Shown piece after piece: positions 27,494 to 36,993 of a stretch of DNA of 64,000 nucleotides. Under the pieces are notes generated by a model that saw only the letters and a program-made list of their open reading frames with translations, ran no database searches and had not been told where the DNA came from. This stretch comes from Patescibacteria group bacterium (GTDB lineage Bacteria > Patescibacteriota > Patescibacteriia > UBA2196): positions 33,064 to 97,063 of the forward strand of contig JAQTPI010000003.1 in the NCBI GenBank assembly GCA_028748975.1, read 5' to 3'. The position numbers and the translations under genes were made by a program. Numbering within the stretch: position 1 is the stretch's first letter; the number at the start of each line of letters is the position of its first letter.

Positions 27494-27525
27494 AAAAAGG
27501 CGCCATTGTTTGCAACAAAGGCGCC
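27494..27525 (-). terminator. intrinsic terminator of the large RNA candidate
   Basis: GGCGCC..TTGT/ACAA..GGCGCC followed by TTTTT on the minus strand. Confidence 0.75.
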
Positions 27526-28160
27526 AAAAAGTGTCTGCTCCGTTAGGCCGAACGAAAAAGTCCGGTCCTAAGGAGGTAGCGTTTCCGCATCAAACCCTCC
27601 TTTAGGAATTTGGCGACGAACGCGAATTGCACGAAATGGAGAGGGCAACCCGCCGTACCGTTTAGGCAGTCGTCACGAGCTTCTGGGCTTGTGCACCACC
27701 AGGTTGGTCACGGCGGGCAAGATAGAGTTTGTACCGAGCATTCACTCGGGTTTTGGCACCCGACAGAAGCCAAAAACTGGCGGGCCAGGTGCCAACATAG
27801 ACAAACCCTATTAACCTCTCCATGGAATGGGTTTGTGGGTTGACTGACCGAATGACGTGATCAGGCCGCCAAAGTGAATGGCGACGTGTCTCCCGTAGGG
27901 CTGCACTGTTGCCTACCCGCTACGCGGAAAAGGCGACGATTCAGCGCCAACTCCCTTTTGCCGGTTCAGTCCGAACTTCGGCCGCAAACCGCAATGGTCG
28001 CGCGGCGGGCCGCTACACAAACTCACCCCAATTTTAACGGCCCGTAAGTCCGACAATGTGCCGCTCATTCCGAGTTAGGTCATCACACTGCCAGAGCCGG
28101 TATCATCATACCGAACGCCTACGGGCCGATCTTTAAATGTACCAGCGATAAAAATCGCGT
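27495..28160 (-). ncRNA. candidate large multi-domain structured RNA (~660 nt), family not recognised
   Basis: GC-rich, no credible ORF, nested long-range stems with G-U pairs on the minus strand, own promoter and terminator. Confidence 0.7.
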
Positions 28161-28166
28161 ATTTTC

Positions 28167-28196
28167 ATTATATATCAAGTTGATCTTTGCTGTCAA
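28167..28196 (-). promoter_or_regulatory. sigma70 promoter of the large RNA candidate
   Basis: TTGACA, 18 nt, TATAAT. Confidence 0.75.
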
Positions 28197-28225
28197 GCGA
28201 TGTTTTAGAGATTAGAGAAGAGAGA

Positions 28226-29083
28226 TTAGTGATTAGTTAATTGATTACTCTTCTCTATTCTCTCTTCTCTATTCACTATGACGTTCCCATCCAAATCCGT
28301 CCGTTTTATTATGACCTTCGCGCGCTCCAGATGATTTAGGGTGCGGGGCGAAGGATGGCCGAAAGAATTTTCACCGACACAAATGACGGCGGTTTGGGGC
28401 GAGACGATTTCTAAAAATTTTACATCGGTGGAAAAACGCGAGCCGTGGTGGCCGACTTTCAAAATATCGCTTTGCAAATTATGGCCGTATTTTTTAATTA
28501 ATTCTTTTTCGACATCAAAACCGGCATCGCCCATCATTAAAAATTTCTGATTCAAGAAATCAATTTGCGCCACGACAGAAGTATTGTTTAAATCATCACT
28601 GACTTTGCCGGCCAAATTTTCCAAAGGATAAAGAATTTCTATTTTGATATCACCGACTTCTTCAATTTCACCAGCAACGGCAATTTCCACTGGAATTTCC
28701 TGTTCTTTGATTATTTTTAAAAATTCCAAATACTGCGGGGCGGTGTGAGAAATGCCGGTCATAATTATTTTTTTGACAGTATATCTTTTTAAAATTTCCA
28801 CTAAACCAGTAATGTGGTCGGAATGAGGATGGGTTAAAATTATTAAATCCAAATCGCGCTCCCAAAATGGCATGAATTTTCCAAGCTGGGTTTGCACGGT
28901 GTTGTCCGGCCCGCCGTCAATTAAAATCGTTTCGCCCTTCCCTGTTCTGAAAAAGATGCTGTCGCCCTGACCGACATTTAAAAATACTGCCCGATCGGTT
29001 TGGAAATAATTTACATAAAAAATTGCACCAACAATTGCGGCAATGACAGCCAAAACTATAATTATTATTTTGATTCTTGACAT
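28226..29083 (-). CDS. ComEC/Rec2-type metallo-beta-lactamase domain protein
   Basis: NVGQGD, THPHSDH, KVGHHGS, NSFGHP. Confidence 0.93.
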   Translation of the reverse strand: MSRIKIIIIVLAVIAAIVGAIFYVNYFQTDRAVFLNVGQGDSIFFRTGKGETILIDGGPDNTVQTQLGKFMPFWERDLDLIILTHPHSDHITGLVEILKRYTVKKIIMTGISHTAPQYLEFLKIIKEQEIPVEIAVAGEIEEVGDIKIEILYPLENLAGKVSDDLNNTSVVAQIDFLNQKFLMMGDAGFDVEKELIKKYGHNLQSDILKVGHHGSRFSTDVKFLEIVSPQTAVICVGENSFGHPSPRTLNHLERAKVIIKRTDLDGNVIVNREERIEKSNQLTNH

Positions 29084-29552
29084 AGAAATTAAATTGCGCT
29101 AAAATGGAAGCAATAGCTCAAACAGGGCTAAATCACAAAACAGAAAAAGGAGGGAAACGATGAGGGGTGTTCTCGTAGTAAATGCTGACACTTTGAGTAG
29201 CCAAAAAATATTCAAAAAAGTGCTCAACGCCTTTAGTGGAACAACGGTTGTCAATAGTAAAACTTTGGCCCTGGAAGAAATCAAAAAAAGGAATTATGAC
29301 GCTGTCATTATCGGGGGAATAGTCCTTTTTTGTTCTAACAATTTTGAACTCGCTCTGGAAATATTCAAAAACACTAGCAAACATCCCCTGGTTTTTATTG
29401 AAACCAAAAACGCCGGTTTAGTGCGAATTCCTTGGGAAAAATTGGAAAACAACATTCAAGACGAAGAATTAATACGCTTGATAAAAGAATCATAATTATT
29501 CCCCTCATCCCCGCCACCATGAACACCTCTGGTGGCCTTTTTTATTTGTCAA
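29077..29552 (+). mobile_element. gene cassette 5, between the two ComEC parts
   Basis: TTGACA, 17 nt, TAAAAT; TAGCTC..GGGCTA hairpin; AGGAGG; terminator; TTTTATTTGTCAA. Confidence 0.6.
29160..29495 (+). CDS. hypothetical alpha/beta protein, possibly a degenerate receiver domain
   Basis: VLVVN..YDAVII..PLVFI pattern; SD. Confidence 0.7.
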   Translation: MRGVLVVNADTLSSQKIFKKVLNAFSGTTVVNSKTLALEEIKKRNYDAVIIGGIVLFCSNNFELALEIFKNTSKHPLVFIETKNAGLVRIPWEKLENNIQDEELIRLIKES

Positions 29553-29565
29553 AAAAGCGCTGACG

Positions 29566-29620
29566 CTACAACCACCCCACTCGCCTCTCGGCTCGCACCC
29601 CTCCTTCGAAAGGAGGGGAT
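29566..29620. repeat. family F single unit
   Basis: ACAACCACCCC..CCCCTCCTTCGAAAGGAGGGGAT. Confidence 0.8.
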
Positions 29621-29663
29621 GAATGCGTCACCCCTTATTACTTATTACAGGATTATACTTTGT

Positions 29664-31160
29664 TTACTCTTCCAAAATAATTCTTTTTCTTATTATATAG
29701 TATATCATCCCCATCACGGCGTAAGAAACCAAAACCCACAGAAAATTAAAATTATTAACAGGCAGATGGCTGAAAGGAATTTTGGAACACCACTCGGAAA
29801 TGTAAATTACATAATTGGCGGATAAATAGACCGGCGCGGAAAAAAGAAAAATCAAAGGCGCGCCAAGGCCGAGGCCGGCCATGATGATAAAAATAAAACC
29901 AGCCACCATTAAAATTTCCACGGCGGGCACGGCCAAAATTAAAACATTGGTTAGGGGCGCAATCAATGAAACTGTTTGAAAGCGCCAAACAGTCAAAGGC
30001 CAAGTGATAATTTGCGCCGCGAGGGTCATCGCGAGCACGCTGCGTAAATCTTTGTTTTTAAAAATTCGATGAAACAGATGGGAAAAATATGGAGAAATAT
30101 AGACCAGCCCAAAGACAGCTAAAAAAGAAAGCTGAAAACCAATATCGCCAAGGAGCAAGCGCGGGTCCAAAAGCAAAAGAAAAACCGCGGCGGCTACCAC
30201 GGCGCGGCCGGCACTGCCCAATCTTCCCTCTTTTTGGGCAAAGGCCATAATCAAGCCCATCAGGGCCGAACGGATGGCCGGGGCATTGAAACTGATTAAA
30301 AAAAGATACAAAACCAAAATGGCCACGATAAAGTTGAAAGATTTTTGGCGCGACAGGCCCAAAAATAAAAATAACTGAAAAATTAAAGCGGAAAGCAGAG
30401 CGATATGGGTGCCGGAGATGGAAATGATGTGGATGACGCCGGAGTTGGAAAAATAATTATTCAATTCTTCCGTCAATTCGGCGCGTTCGCCTAAAATCAT
30501 GGCCAAATTCAAGGCCGAAGTGGGTGAAGACAAAAATTTATTGGCGCGAGCAGCCAGGGTTTTTCTTAAACTACTGAAAAAGTAAGAAATTTTATCCGGC
30601 CAGTTTTTATTTTGATTCGGTTCCAATTTTTTCAATTCCGGATAATAGCAAACTCGATAAACTCCGCGATCGGCCAAATAACCAGCATAGTTAAAATTAT
30701 CAATTTGTTGCGGAATTTTTAAATCACAATTAACTTGAATTTGGTCGCCAGCACCAAAAATCGGGTAGAGCGCGGCATTAACCAAAATTTTATCAGAAAA
30801 AAAATCATTATCATTTTTTATTTTGCCAATAATTAATTTTTGCGTGTCATTTTTAATTTGTGGTTCTTCCGCCACCACGCCGGTAAAAAAAGTTCTGGCT
30901 TCCGGCCAAAAAGCCGTGGAATTGGCAGCGGGTCGTGTGAAATTAAAACGCCAGAGGCCGAGAACTGCGCCAGTGAGAATTAAAAAAAATATAGCTGGTT
31001 TAGGCCGCCGGAAAATTTGAAATAAAAAAAAGAACGCCAAAGCGCTCGCTAAAAAAATCAAATAAAGTAAAAAATTATCAATAGCCATTAATTTTCCCAG
31101 AGCAACACCAGCGATGAAAGAAAGGCAAAAAAATAAAAAAATATTGGCCGACCTTAACAT
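29664..31160 (-). CDS. comEC: ComEC competence membrane channel
   Basis: SGVIHIISISGTH, IRSALM, DIGFQLSF; start moved to 31160. Confidence 0.93.
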   Translation of the reverse strand: MLRSANIFLFFCLSFIAGVALGKLMAIDNFLLYLIFLASALAFFFLFQIFRRPKPAIFFLILTGAVLGLWRFNFTRPAANSTAFWPEARTFFTGVVAEEPQIKNDTQKLIIGKIKNDNDFFSDKILVNAALYPIFGAGDQIQVNCDLKIPQQIDNFNYAGYLADRGVYRVCYYPELKKLEPNQNKNWPDKISYFFSSLRKTLAARANKFLSSPTSALNLAMILGERAELTEELNNYFSNSGVIHIISISGTHIALLSALIFQLFLFLGLSRQKSFNFIVAILVLYLFLISFNAPAIRSALMGLIMAFAQKEGRLGSAGRAVVAAAVFLLLLDPRLLLGDIGFQLSFLAVFGLVYISPYFSHLFHRIFKNKDLRSVLAMTLAAQIITWPLTVWRFQTVSLIAPLTNVLILAVPAVEILMVAGFIFIIMAGLGLGAPLIFLFSAPVYLSANYVIYISEWCSKIPFSHLPVNNFNFLWVLVSYAVMGMIYYIIRKRIILEE

Positions 31161-31310
31161 AAAATTCCAAGCTCCAAGCACTAAATTACAAACAAATTCC
31201 AAGCACCAAATCCTAAATCATAAATTGTTGGCGCGCCAGGCCAATTATTTGGAATTTAGAATCTATGATTTTGGATTTTTTTAGGATTTGGAATTTGGAA
31301 TTTAGAATTT
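31161..31310. repeat. family D palindrome
   Basis: Heptamer arms with GC-rich apex. Confidence 0.8.
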
Positions 31311-31317
31311 AAAATCT

Positions 31318-31548
31318 TTAGCGATTAAGATAGACTCCATCCAGACATTTTTGATAAGCCGAGGTTTTTTGCAATTCCGAATAAATTTTACAATGACGGC
31401 TCATGAGGGCCAGATGTTGACTGTTGACATAATCAAAAACGCCAGTGGAAGAAAGAAACACCAAGATGCAAAAAACCAAAGCCAAAACAATGATGGCCAA
31501 ATAGAAAAAAGCTAGGATAAAAATTGGTGCCTCTACTTTTCCCAGCAT
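31318..31548 (-). CDS. small membrane protein
   Basis: 76 aa with hydrophobic N-terminus. Confidence 0.55.
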   Translation of the reverse strand: MLGKVEAPIFILAFFYLAIIVLALVFCILVFLSSTGVFDYVNSQHLALMSRHCKIYSELQKTSAYQKCLDGVYLNR

Positions 31549-31565
31549 ATTTTTTAATTATTTTA

Positions 31566-31739
31566 TTACTTAGAGATGGCGCCAAAAGCACAAGAAGCCA
31601 CCACTTCGTCGTGGTTGCAGCTGGCACACTCGGCATCAATTACCTCGGCTTTGCCAGCTTCATTCATTTTGATGCAGGCCGGGTACATGGCCGCACAGGT
31701 GCCGCAGCCTTGGCATTTTTCTTGGTCGATGATGATCAT
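31566..31739 (-). CDS. ferredoxin
   Basis: CQGCGTC...CAFGAI; start moved to 31739. Confidence 0.9.
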   Translation of the reverse strand: MIIIDQEKCQGCGTCAAMYPACIKMNEAGKAEVIDAECASCNHDEVVASCAFGAISK

Positions 31740-31740
31740 A

Positions 31741-31832
31741 AAACATATTTTCACAGATAGAGCGCAGATTTTCACAGATACACAGATCTGTGTATCTGTG
31801 TATATCTGTTTTGCATCTGTGTGGATCTGTTT
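31741..31832. repeat. family C palindrome without a loop
   Basis: Arms joined directly at CACAGATCTGTG. Confidence 0.88.
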
Positions 31833-31835
31833 TGT

Positions 31836-32138
31836 TTATCTTTTATCTTTAGTTTTTCTCAACCGTATCACCAATTTGTCCAGCGCCAGATCAAAAGCTT
31901 CGGCAACGGTGTGGTCGTCTTCAAAGGCCAAAATTTTTTCTTGAGGAGCGCCAAGGTGAATTTCCACTTTGAAGGCCTCTTTTTTGACAAATTTTTCCAC
32001 ACGGATTTCCAAGTTGGAATTGGCAAAATCATCCGCCGACATGAGATTTTCCAAGCGATTGATTTTTTTATCCAGATAATCTTCCAGAAATTTTTTATCT
32101 CTGGGGTCCACATTTTTATAGGAAAATTGGATGTGCAT
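31836..32138 (-). CDS. ribosome hibernation factor (HPF/RaiA family)
   Basis: YLDKKINRL..EAFDLALDKL pattern; 100 aa. Confidence 0.8.
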   Translation of the reverse strand: MHIQFSYKNVDPRDKKFLEDYLDKKINRLENLMSADDFANSNLEIRVEKFVKKEAFKVEIHLGAPQEKILAFEDDHTVAEAFDLALDKLVIRLRKTKDKR

Positions 32139-32223
32139 ATTTTTATTATTAATAATTTTATTATATCACAATAAGTAGAATAAACAAAAACACCCCGCCG
32201 ATTGGCGGAGTATTTTTAGTGCC

Positions 32224-32379
32224 TTATTTATTGGCCATGATGCGAAACATGGTGGTGCCGCATTTCGGGCAAACACCTTTCATCGCATTGCGGGTTTTTC
32301 CACCTTTGGCTTTAAAGGTGGTTTCCTTGGCATCTTTCATCTCTCTTTTGGCCTTACATTTGACGCAATATGCTTCCAT
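32224..32379 (-). CDS. small zinc-ribbon protein (DUF5679-like)
   Basis: AYCVKCK...GVCPKCGTTMFRI. Confidence 0.8.
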   Translation of the reverse strand: MEAYCVKCKAKREMKDAKETTFKAKGGKTRNAMKGVCPKCGTTMFRIMANK

Positions 32380-32566
32380 ATATTTTAAACCTTCTTTTAG
32401 CGCCAATTGGCGTATAAATGGCTTAAAAGGGCGTTTAGAGGCATTCTAGACGCCGGTTTACACCGTTTTTACGGCTAATTTAACGCTAAAGTTATTTAAT
32501 AAAAGAGCTTGTTTTAACCTACTCCTGCTTTAATTATAGCGCATTTTGGATTATTTGTAAAATGGG

Positions 32567-33049
32567 TTACTCCTCCGCACAGTCTTCCATCATATTGGCC
32601 GGGAAATTATACTGGCGTAAAAGCGCGCAGGCAATGTTGCCGTTGCCGTCAAAAACGATCTGCCAGGCGTCATTTACTTTGGCCGCCAGAAAATTTCCGC
32701 CCTCAACCGCTTCACCAGTGCCAAACTTCACTCCCCCGCGCGCGTGAGTTTCGGTGGCAAGAGAAACTGTCACTTTTATGTCCTCAATTTTCTTCTGATA
32801 TTTATCCGCGAAAGCCTGGCGCAAATCATTAGTTAATTTTTCATCGCAAACTTCTTCCCAAATGCGCAAACATTTATTTTTAAGCGCGCACCAAGAATAG
32901 CCGGCAGAGCCGAGGCAGCCATGTTCGTCTTTATCACCACCGATAATCTGATTATTACCAGTGCTATTGTTGATAATAACCTTGCCGCAGGCGGTTAAAA
33001 CCAGACCAACAATTAAAACGAAAAGCAGTAAAAGAAAAAATTTTTTCAT
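32567..33049 (-). CDS. putative lipoprotein
   Basis: Lipobox LTAC; GGDKDEHGC..AGYSWC motif. Confidence 0.85.
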   Translation of the reverse strand: MKKFFLLLLFVLIVGLVLTACGKVIINNSTGNNQIIGGDKDEHGCLGSAGYSWCALKNKCLRIWEEVCDEKLTNDLRQAFADKYQKKIEDIKVTVSLATETHARGGVKFGTGEAVEGGNFLAAKVNDAWQIVFDGNGNIACALLRQYNFPANMMEDCAEE

Positions 33050-33080
33050 AGGTTTTTTGGTTTATTAGTTTATTAGTTTA

Positions 33081-35849
33081 TTAATTTATTAGTTCGTTGG
33101 TTTGTTTATTATTAAAAATCCATTTGACCAATTCAATTAGACCCATAATGACAAAACTCATGGCCACGACATAGAGCCAGTGGAAAAAATTCAGGGGCAC
33201 GGTGCGAAAAATTATCTGAAACGGCGCCAGATAAACAGCCAGAAGCTGCAAAATAAAACCAGCGATAACCCCGGCCAGTAGAGTTTTATTTTTCAGCCAG
33301 GAGACGCGCCAAAAAGGCAGGCGCGACTGGCGAATGCTAAAAATATAAAACAAAGTATTGACGCCCAAAAGAGCAAAAGAGATGGTGTTGGCCAGAATGA
33401 AGTTTTCTGCCCGGCCCTGCCAAAAAATATAAAAAGTAAAAAGAATTAAAACGGCGCTGACCAAGCTGATTAAAAAAATTAGGGTTTTGTTCTGGCGGTC
33501 CAAAATTTCCATCTTTTTATATTTTTTATCCATCAAGTTTTCGGTTTCGCTGTCGCGGGCCAAAGCCAAGGCTGGAAAGATGTCGTCAATCATGTTGACC
33601 CAAATTATCTGTGAAGCCAAAACTGGCATGGGCCAGCCCAAAAGCAAAGCCCCGATAATTATGAAAACTTCGGAAAAAGAATCGGAAAGAAAATAGAGGA
33701 CAACTTTTTTGATGTTGGCAAAAATGACGCGACCTTCGTGCACGGCGGCGGCAATATTTTGGAAATTATTATTGAGAAGAATGATATCGGAAGCTTCTTT
33801 GGCCACATCATTGCCGGTGCCGAGAGAAATGCCGATGTTGGCCTGTTTTAAGGCCGGAGCATCATTAATGCCGTCGCCGGTCATGGCGGTCACCGCGCCG
33901 TTTTCCTGCCAGGCCTGAACGATTTTTAATTTTTGTTCCGGCGTGGTGCGCGCGTAAATTTGAATATCTTTGACCACTTTCTTAAATTCCGTTGGCGACA
34001 TTTCTTCCAATTCATCCCCTTCCAGAATATTTTTTCCAGCGGTGCCCAAACCGATTTCCCGGCCGATAATTTCAGCGGTAAACCGATTATCGCCGGTAAT
34101 CATGATGGTCTTAATACCGGCCTCCCCAATGAGACGAATTGTTTCTTTGGCCTCCACTCTCACGGGATCTTTGATGCCGATCAAGCCGGCAAAAACAAAA
34201 TTGGTATAAATGTCCGGCAGGGCAGCCCGGGTTTTTGGCTCGCCACTGGCGGCGGCGTAACTATTATGATCGGAAATAGCCAAAAGAGATGGCTGAACCT
34301 CTTTATAGGCTAGGGCCAGAACGCGGAGTCCTTCTTTGGAAAGAATTTCATATTGCCGAATGATTTTTTCACGGCGGAGAGCATCAAGCTCTTCCGCGCG
34401 CTTATGTTTGTAATTATAAAAATGATTGGCAAATAATAAAACTTTCTCTGGCGCGCCTTTGAGATAGATGACATTATGATGGCTGTCGCCCTGATGAAGC
34501 GTCATCATAAATTTTTGGCGGGAATCAAAAAGGACTTCGTCCAGGCGGGGAAATTTTTTTTCTAAGTCATTTTTATAAAGCCCCAATTCCGCGCCGGAAA
34601 GAAGCAAAGCACGGTCAGTTAAGTTGCCGGCAAAAAACAGCTCGGGCAAGGGTTCGCCTTTTTTCATGGTGCGGGCATCATTACATAAAACTCCGATGTG
34701 CATTAAAAATAAAGTTGTTTCCATGGCGGCGGGCGCCAAACTGCCCACCCCATCAAAAATTTCCTGGCTGATTTCATCGGAAACCACTTTGACTACCCGC
34801 ATATTGCCTTCAGTGATGGTGCCGGTTTTATCAACGCAAATGACATCGGTGGAGCCCAGAACTTCGGCTGCCAAAAGTTTTTTGACTAAAGCTCCTTTTT
34901 TCAAAATTTTCTGCATGCCGAGGGCCAAAATGACGGTGGCCAAAATTGCCAACCCTTCGGGAATGGCGGAAACGGCGATAGCGACAGACAAAGTGAGCAT
35001 CTCCACCGGGGCATAGCCAAAAATCAAACCAAATAAAAAAACCAGCACGGCCAAAACCAAAACCAGCCGGGTCAAAAAAATCGCCAGACGATCCATTTTT
35101 TTCTGTAAGGATGTTTTTTCCGCGCCTAAATTGGAGATTAATTCCTGAAGACGGCCAAATTCGGTGCGCGAGCCGGTTTCCACCACCACGCCAAAGGTAT
35201 TTCCTTCCACTGCCAAAGTGCCGAGATAAGCCATGTTTTGGCGATCGGCCAAGACAGTTTCTTTTGGCACCGGGTGGGTGGTTTTTGGGCTTGGTTCAGA
35301 TTCGCCGGTTAAAACCGCTTCATTAATTTTGAGCTGATGAATTTTGAAAAGGCGCAGATCCGCCGGAACTTTGTCACCCGCGCCCAAAACCACAATATCG
35401 CCTGGCACCAAATCGGCGCCATCAATTATTTTTTCTTCACCGCCCCGAAAAACGCGCGCGTGAGTGATAGCAACTTTTTGCAAAGCTTTAAGGGTATTGG
35501 CGGTTTTTCTTTCTTGCCAGGCGCCGAAAAAAATATTAACTAAAATTCCGGCCAAAATTACGCCAGCGTCAATGTAATCGCCCAAAAAGACGCTGATTAG
35601 GCAGGCGCCAATTAAAACCAGCATCAAAACCGACCGAGCTTGGCGAAAAATGACGGCCAAAAAAGAATCTTCCTTTTTCGCCGGCAAAACATTAAAATCA
35701 TATTGCTTTTGCCGTTTGATAACTTCTTCTGTTTTTAAACCCATTTCCGAAGTGTCCAGATGCTGCCAGACATCTTCCAATTTGTAAGACCACCATTTAG
35801 TTAAGACTCTTTCCGGGCGCGGTGATTGGTGTTTTTTAAATAAAGACAT
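33081..35849 (-). CDS. cation-translocating P-type ATPase (P2A-like)
   Basis: TGES, IPEGL, DKTGT, KGAPE, GDGINDAPALK. Confidence 0.97.
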   Translation of the reverse strand: MSLFKKHQSPRPERVLTKWWSYKLEDVWQHLDTSEMGLKTEEVIKRQKQYDFNVLPAKKEDSFLAVIFRQARSVLMLVLIGACLISVFLGDYIDAGVILAGILVNIFFGAWQERKTANTLKALQKVAITHARVFRGGEEKIIDGADLVPGDIVVLGAGDKVPADLRLFKIHQLKINEAVLTGESEPSPKTTHPVPKETVLADRQNMAYLGTLAVEGNTFGVVVETGSRTEFGRLQELISNLGAEKTSLQKKMDRLAIFLTRLVLVLAVLVFLFGLIFGYAPVEMLTLSVAIAVSAIPEGLAILATVILALGMQKILKKGALVKKLLAAEVLGSTDVICVDKTGTITEGNMRVVKVVSDEISQEIFDGVGSLAPAAMETTLFLMHIGVLCNDARTMKKGEPLPELFFAGNLTDRALLLSGAELGLYKNDLEKKFPRLDEVLFDSRQKFMMTLHQGDSHHNVIYLKGAPEKVLLFANHFYNYKHKRAEELDALRREKIIRQYEILSKEGLRVLALAYKEVQPSLLAISDHNSYAAASGEPKTRAALPDIYTNFVFAGLIGIKDPVRVEAKETIRLIGEAGIKTIMITGDNRFTAEIIGREIGLGTAGKNILEGDELEEMSPTEFKKVVKDIQIYARTTPEQKLKIVQAWQENGAVTAMTGDGINDAPALKQANIGISLGTGNDVAKEASDIILLNNNFQNIAAAVHEGRVIFANIKKVVLYFLSDSFSEVFIIIGALLLGWPMPVLASQIIWVNMIDDIFPALALARDSETENLMDKKYKKMEILDRQNKTLIFLISLVSAVLILFTFYIFWQGRAENFILANTISFALLGVNTLFYIFSIRQSRLPFWRVSWLKNKTLLAGVIAGFILQLLAVYLAPFQIIFRTVPLNFFHWLYVVAMSFVIMGLIELVKWIFNNKQTNELIN

Positions 35850-35850
35850 A

Positions 35851-36609
35851 TTATTTATTTGTTACTTCGGCCACGGCTGCCGTATAGGCGCAATAATCGC
35901 AAGCTTTAGCTGCTGGGGGAATTTTATCGACATCCAGACATTTTTTGGCTGACAATAATGTTTTTTCCACCCAAGCATCGCTACCAGTGTAGGGTACGAG
36001 CGTAATATCAAATTCCAGCTTGGCGTCAAAAGCAGCGCCATCAGTTTTGCCATTGCAATAAACAAAATAGCCCAAATTATTAACTTGAAAACCGTTTTGG
36101 CGGAAAAGCCACTGATAGATTTCCATTTGCCGTTTATAGCCGTCTTGCCAGTCTTTGTTTAATTCCGTGATTTCTTCGTCTTTGCTGGTGGATTTATAAT
36201 CAACGATGATTAGCTCGCCGTTTTTATCCTGCCAGACATCATCAATGGCGCCAAAGACCAAAAAATTGGTCGGCGCGTGGAAAAATTGGATGCCTTTGAA
36301 ATTGTTGCGCCAGTCCTCCAATTTTTGGTGCGGCAGGGGCACCGCTTCCACGCCATATTTTTTCATCAAAGGATGCGCTGTGTTTTTGGCGCGGTGCGAA
36401 TCAAATTCTTTTTTCAAAAGCTTATCCACCGCTGAATTAAGCGCGAAAGGAAAACCCGGCGGCCGGCCCACGCCCAGTCGCCTATCCAAATAAAAACAAC
36501 GCGGGCAAGCCACGAACAAATCAATTTTGGAGCGCGACAATTTAAACAGATCTTTTGAATTAGGATCGTATAAACCTTTAGCGCGTTTGGCAGTGTAATA
36601 TTCGGACAT
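35851..36609 (-). CDS. PD-(D/E)XK nuclease (RecB/Cas4-like)
   Basis: CPRC, GAIDD, IVDYKS, QMEIY, CDYC. Confidence 0.9.
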   Translation of the reverse strand: MSEYYTAKRAKGLYDPNSKDLFKLSRSKIDLFVACPRCFYLDRRLGVGRPPGFPFALNSAVDKLLKKEFDSHRAKNTAHPLMKKYGVEAVPLPHQKLEDWRNNFKGIQFFHAPTNFLVFGAIDDVWQDKNGELIIVDYKSTSKDEEITELNKDWQDGYKRQMEIYQWLFRQNGFQVNNLGYFVYCNGKTDGAAFDAKLEFDITLVPYTGSDAWVEKTLLSAKKCLDVDKIPPAAKACDYCAYTAAVAEVTNK

Positions 36610-36776
36610 AAAAACAGGTTGTCATCCCGAGGCCCGCTCCGCGTTTTATTGAGCGGGTTGAGGTGATCTCGTAGTTAATTTATCTTAATTTTATCATTCC
36701 TTTGATTAAAAAACAAAAAAACGGAAAGCTCGGGGCTTTCCGTTTTAATTTTATCAATATTAATAAAGGGCCAGTT

Positions 36777-36884
36777 TTACCAGCCGCCGCCACCGCCGCC
36801 ACCGCCGCCGCCGCCGCTCCCTTTGGGAGGAATTTCTGGGTCCGGGGTAGGATCCACACCAAATCTTATTGGCCGCTTATTCAT
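36777..36884 (-). CDS. 35-aa peptide ending in S-G11-W
   Basis: Manual translation; terminator 36718-36746 downstream. Confidence 0.45.
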   Translation of the reverse strand: MNKRPIRFGVDPTPDPEIPPKGSGGGGGGGGGGGW

Positions 36885-36993
36885 TTTTAAAACCAACATA
36901 TGAGTGTAAATAGATTTTATTTATTTTAATCATTCCCCGACCTTTAACTAGGGATGATTTAGTTTAGAATTTAATTTATTCAAATAGAATACT

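Noticed and set aside
27550-27780. RNase P RNA on the plus strand (GAAAAAGTCCGG resembles GAGGAAAGUCC)
   Set aside because: No matching 3' P4 strand was found, and the promoter, terminator and G-U pairs point to the minus strand. A cmscan is still needed to exclude it fully.
27610-27843. 77-aa plus-strand ORF
   Set aside because: TTG start without an SD, atypical composition, and antisense to the structured transcription unit.
27495-28160. Group I or II intron, or tmRNA
   Set aside because: There is no interrupted host gene, no GUGYG start or convincing domain V, and no tRNA-like ends.
36680-36890. Poly-Ala ORFs 36680..36862 and 36702..36890
   Set aside because: They are alternative frames of the GCC/ACC run. 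The poly-Gly frame has an ATG, synonymous third-position variation and a terminator after its stop.
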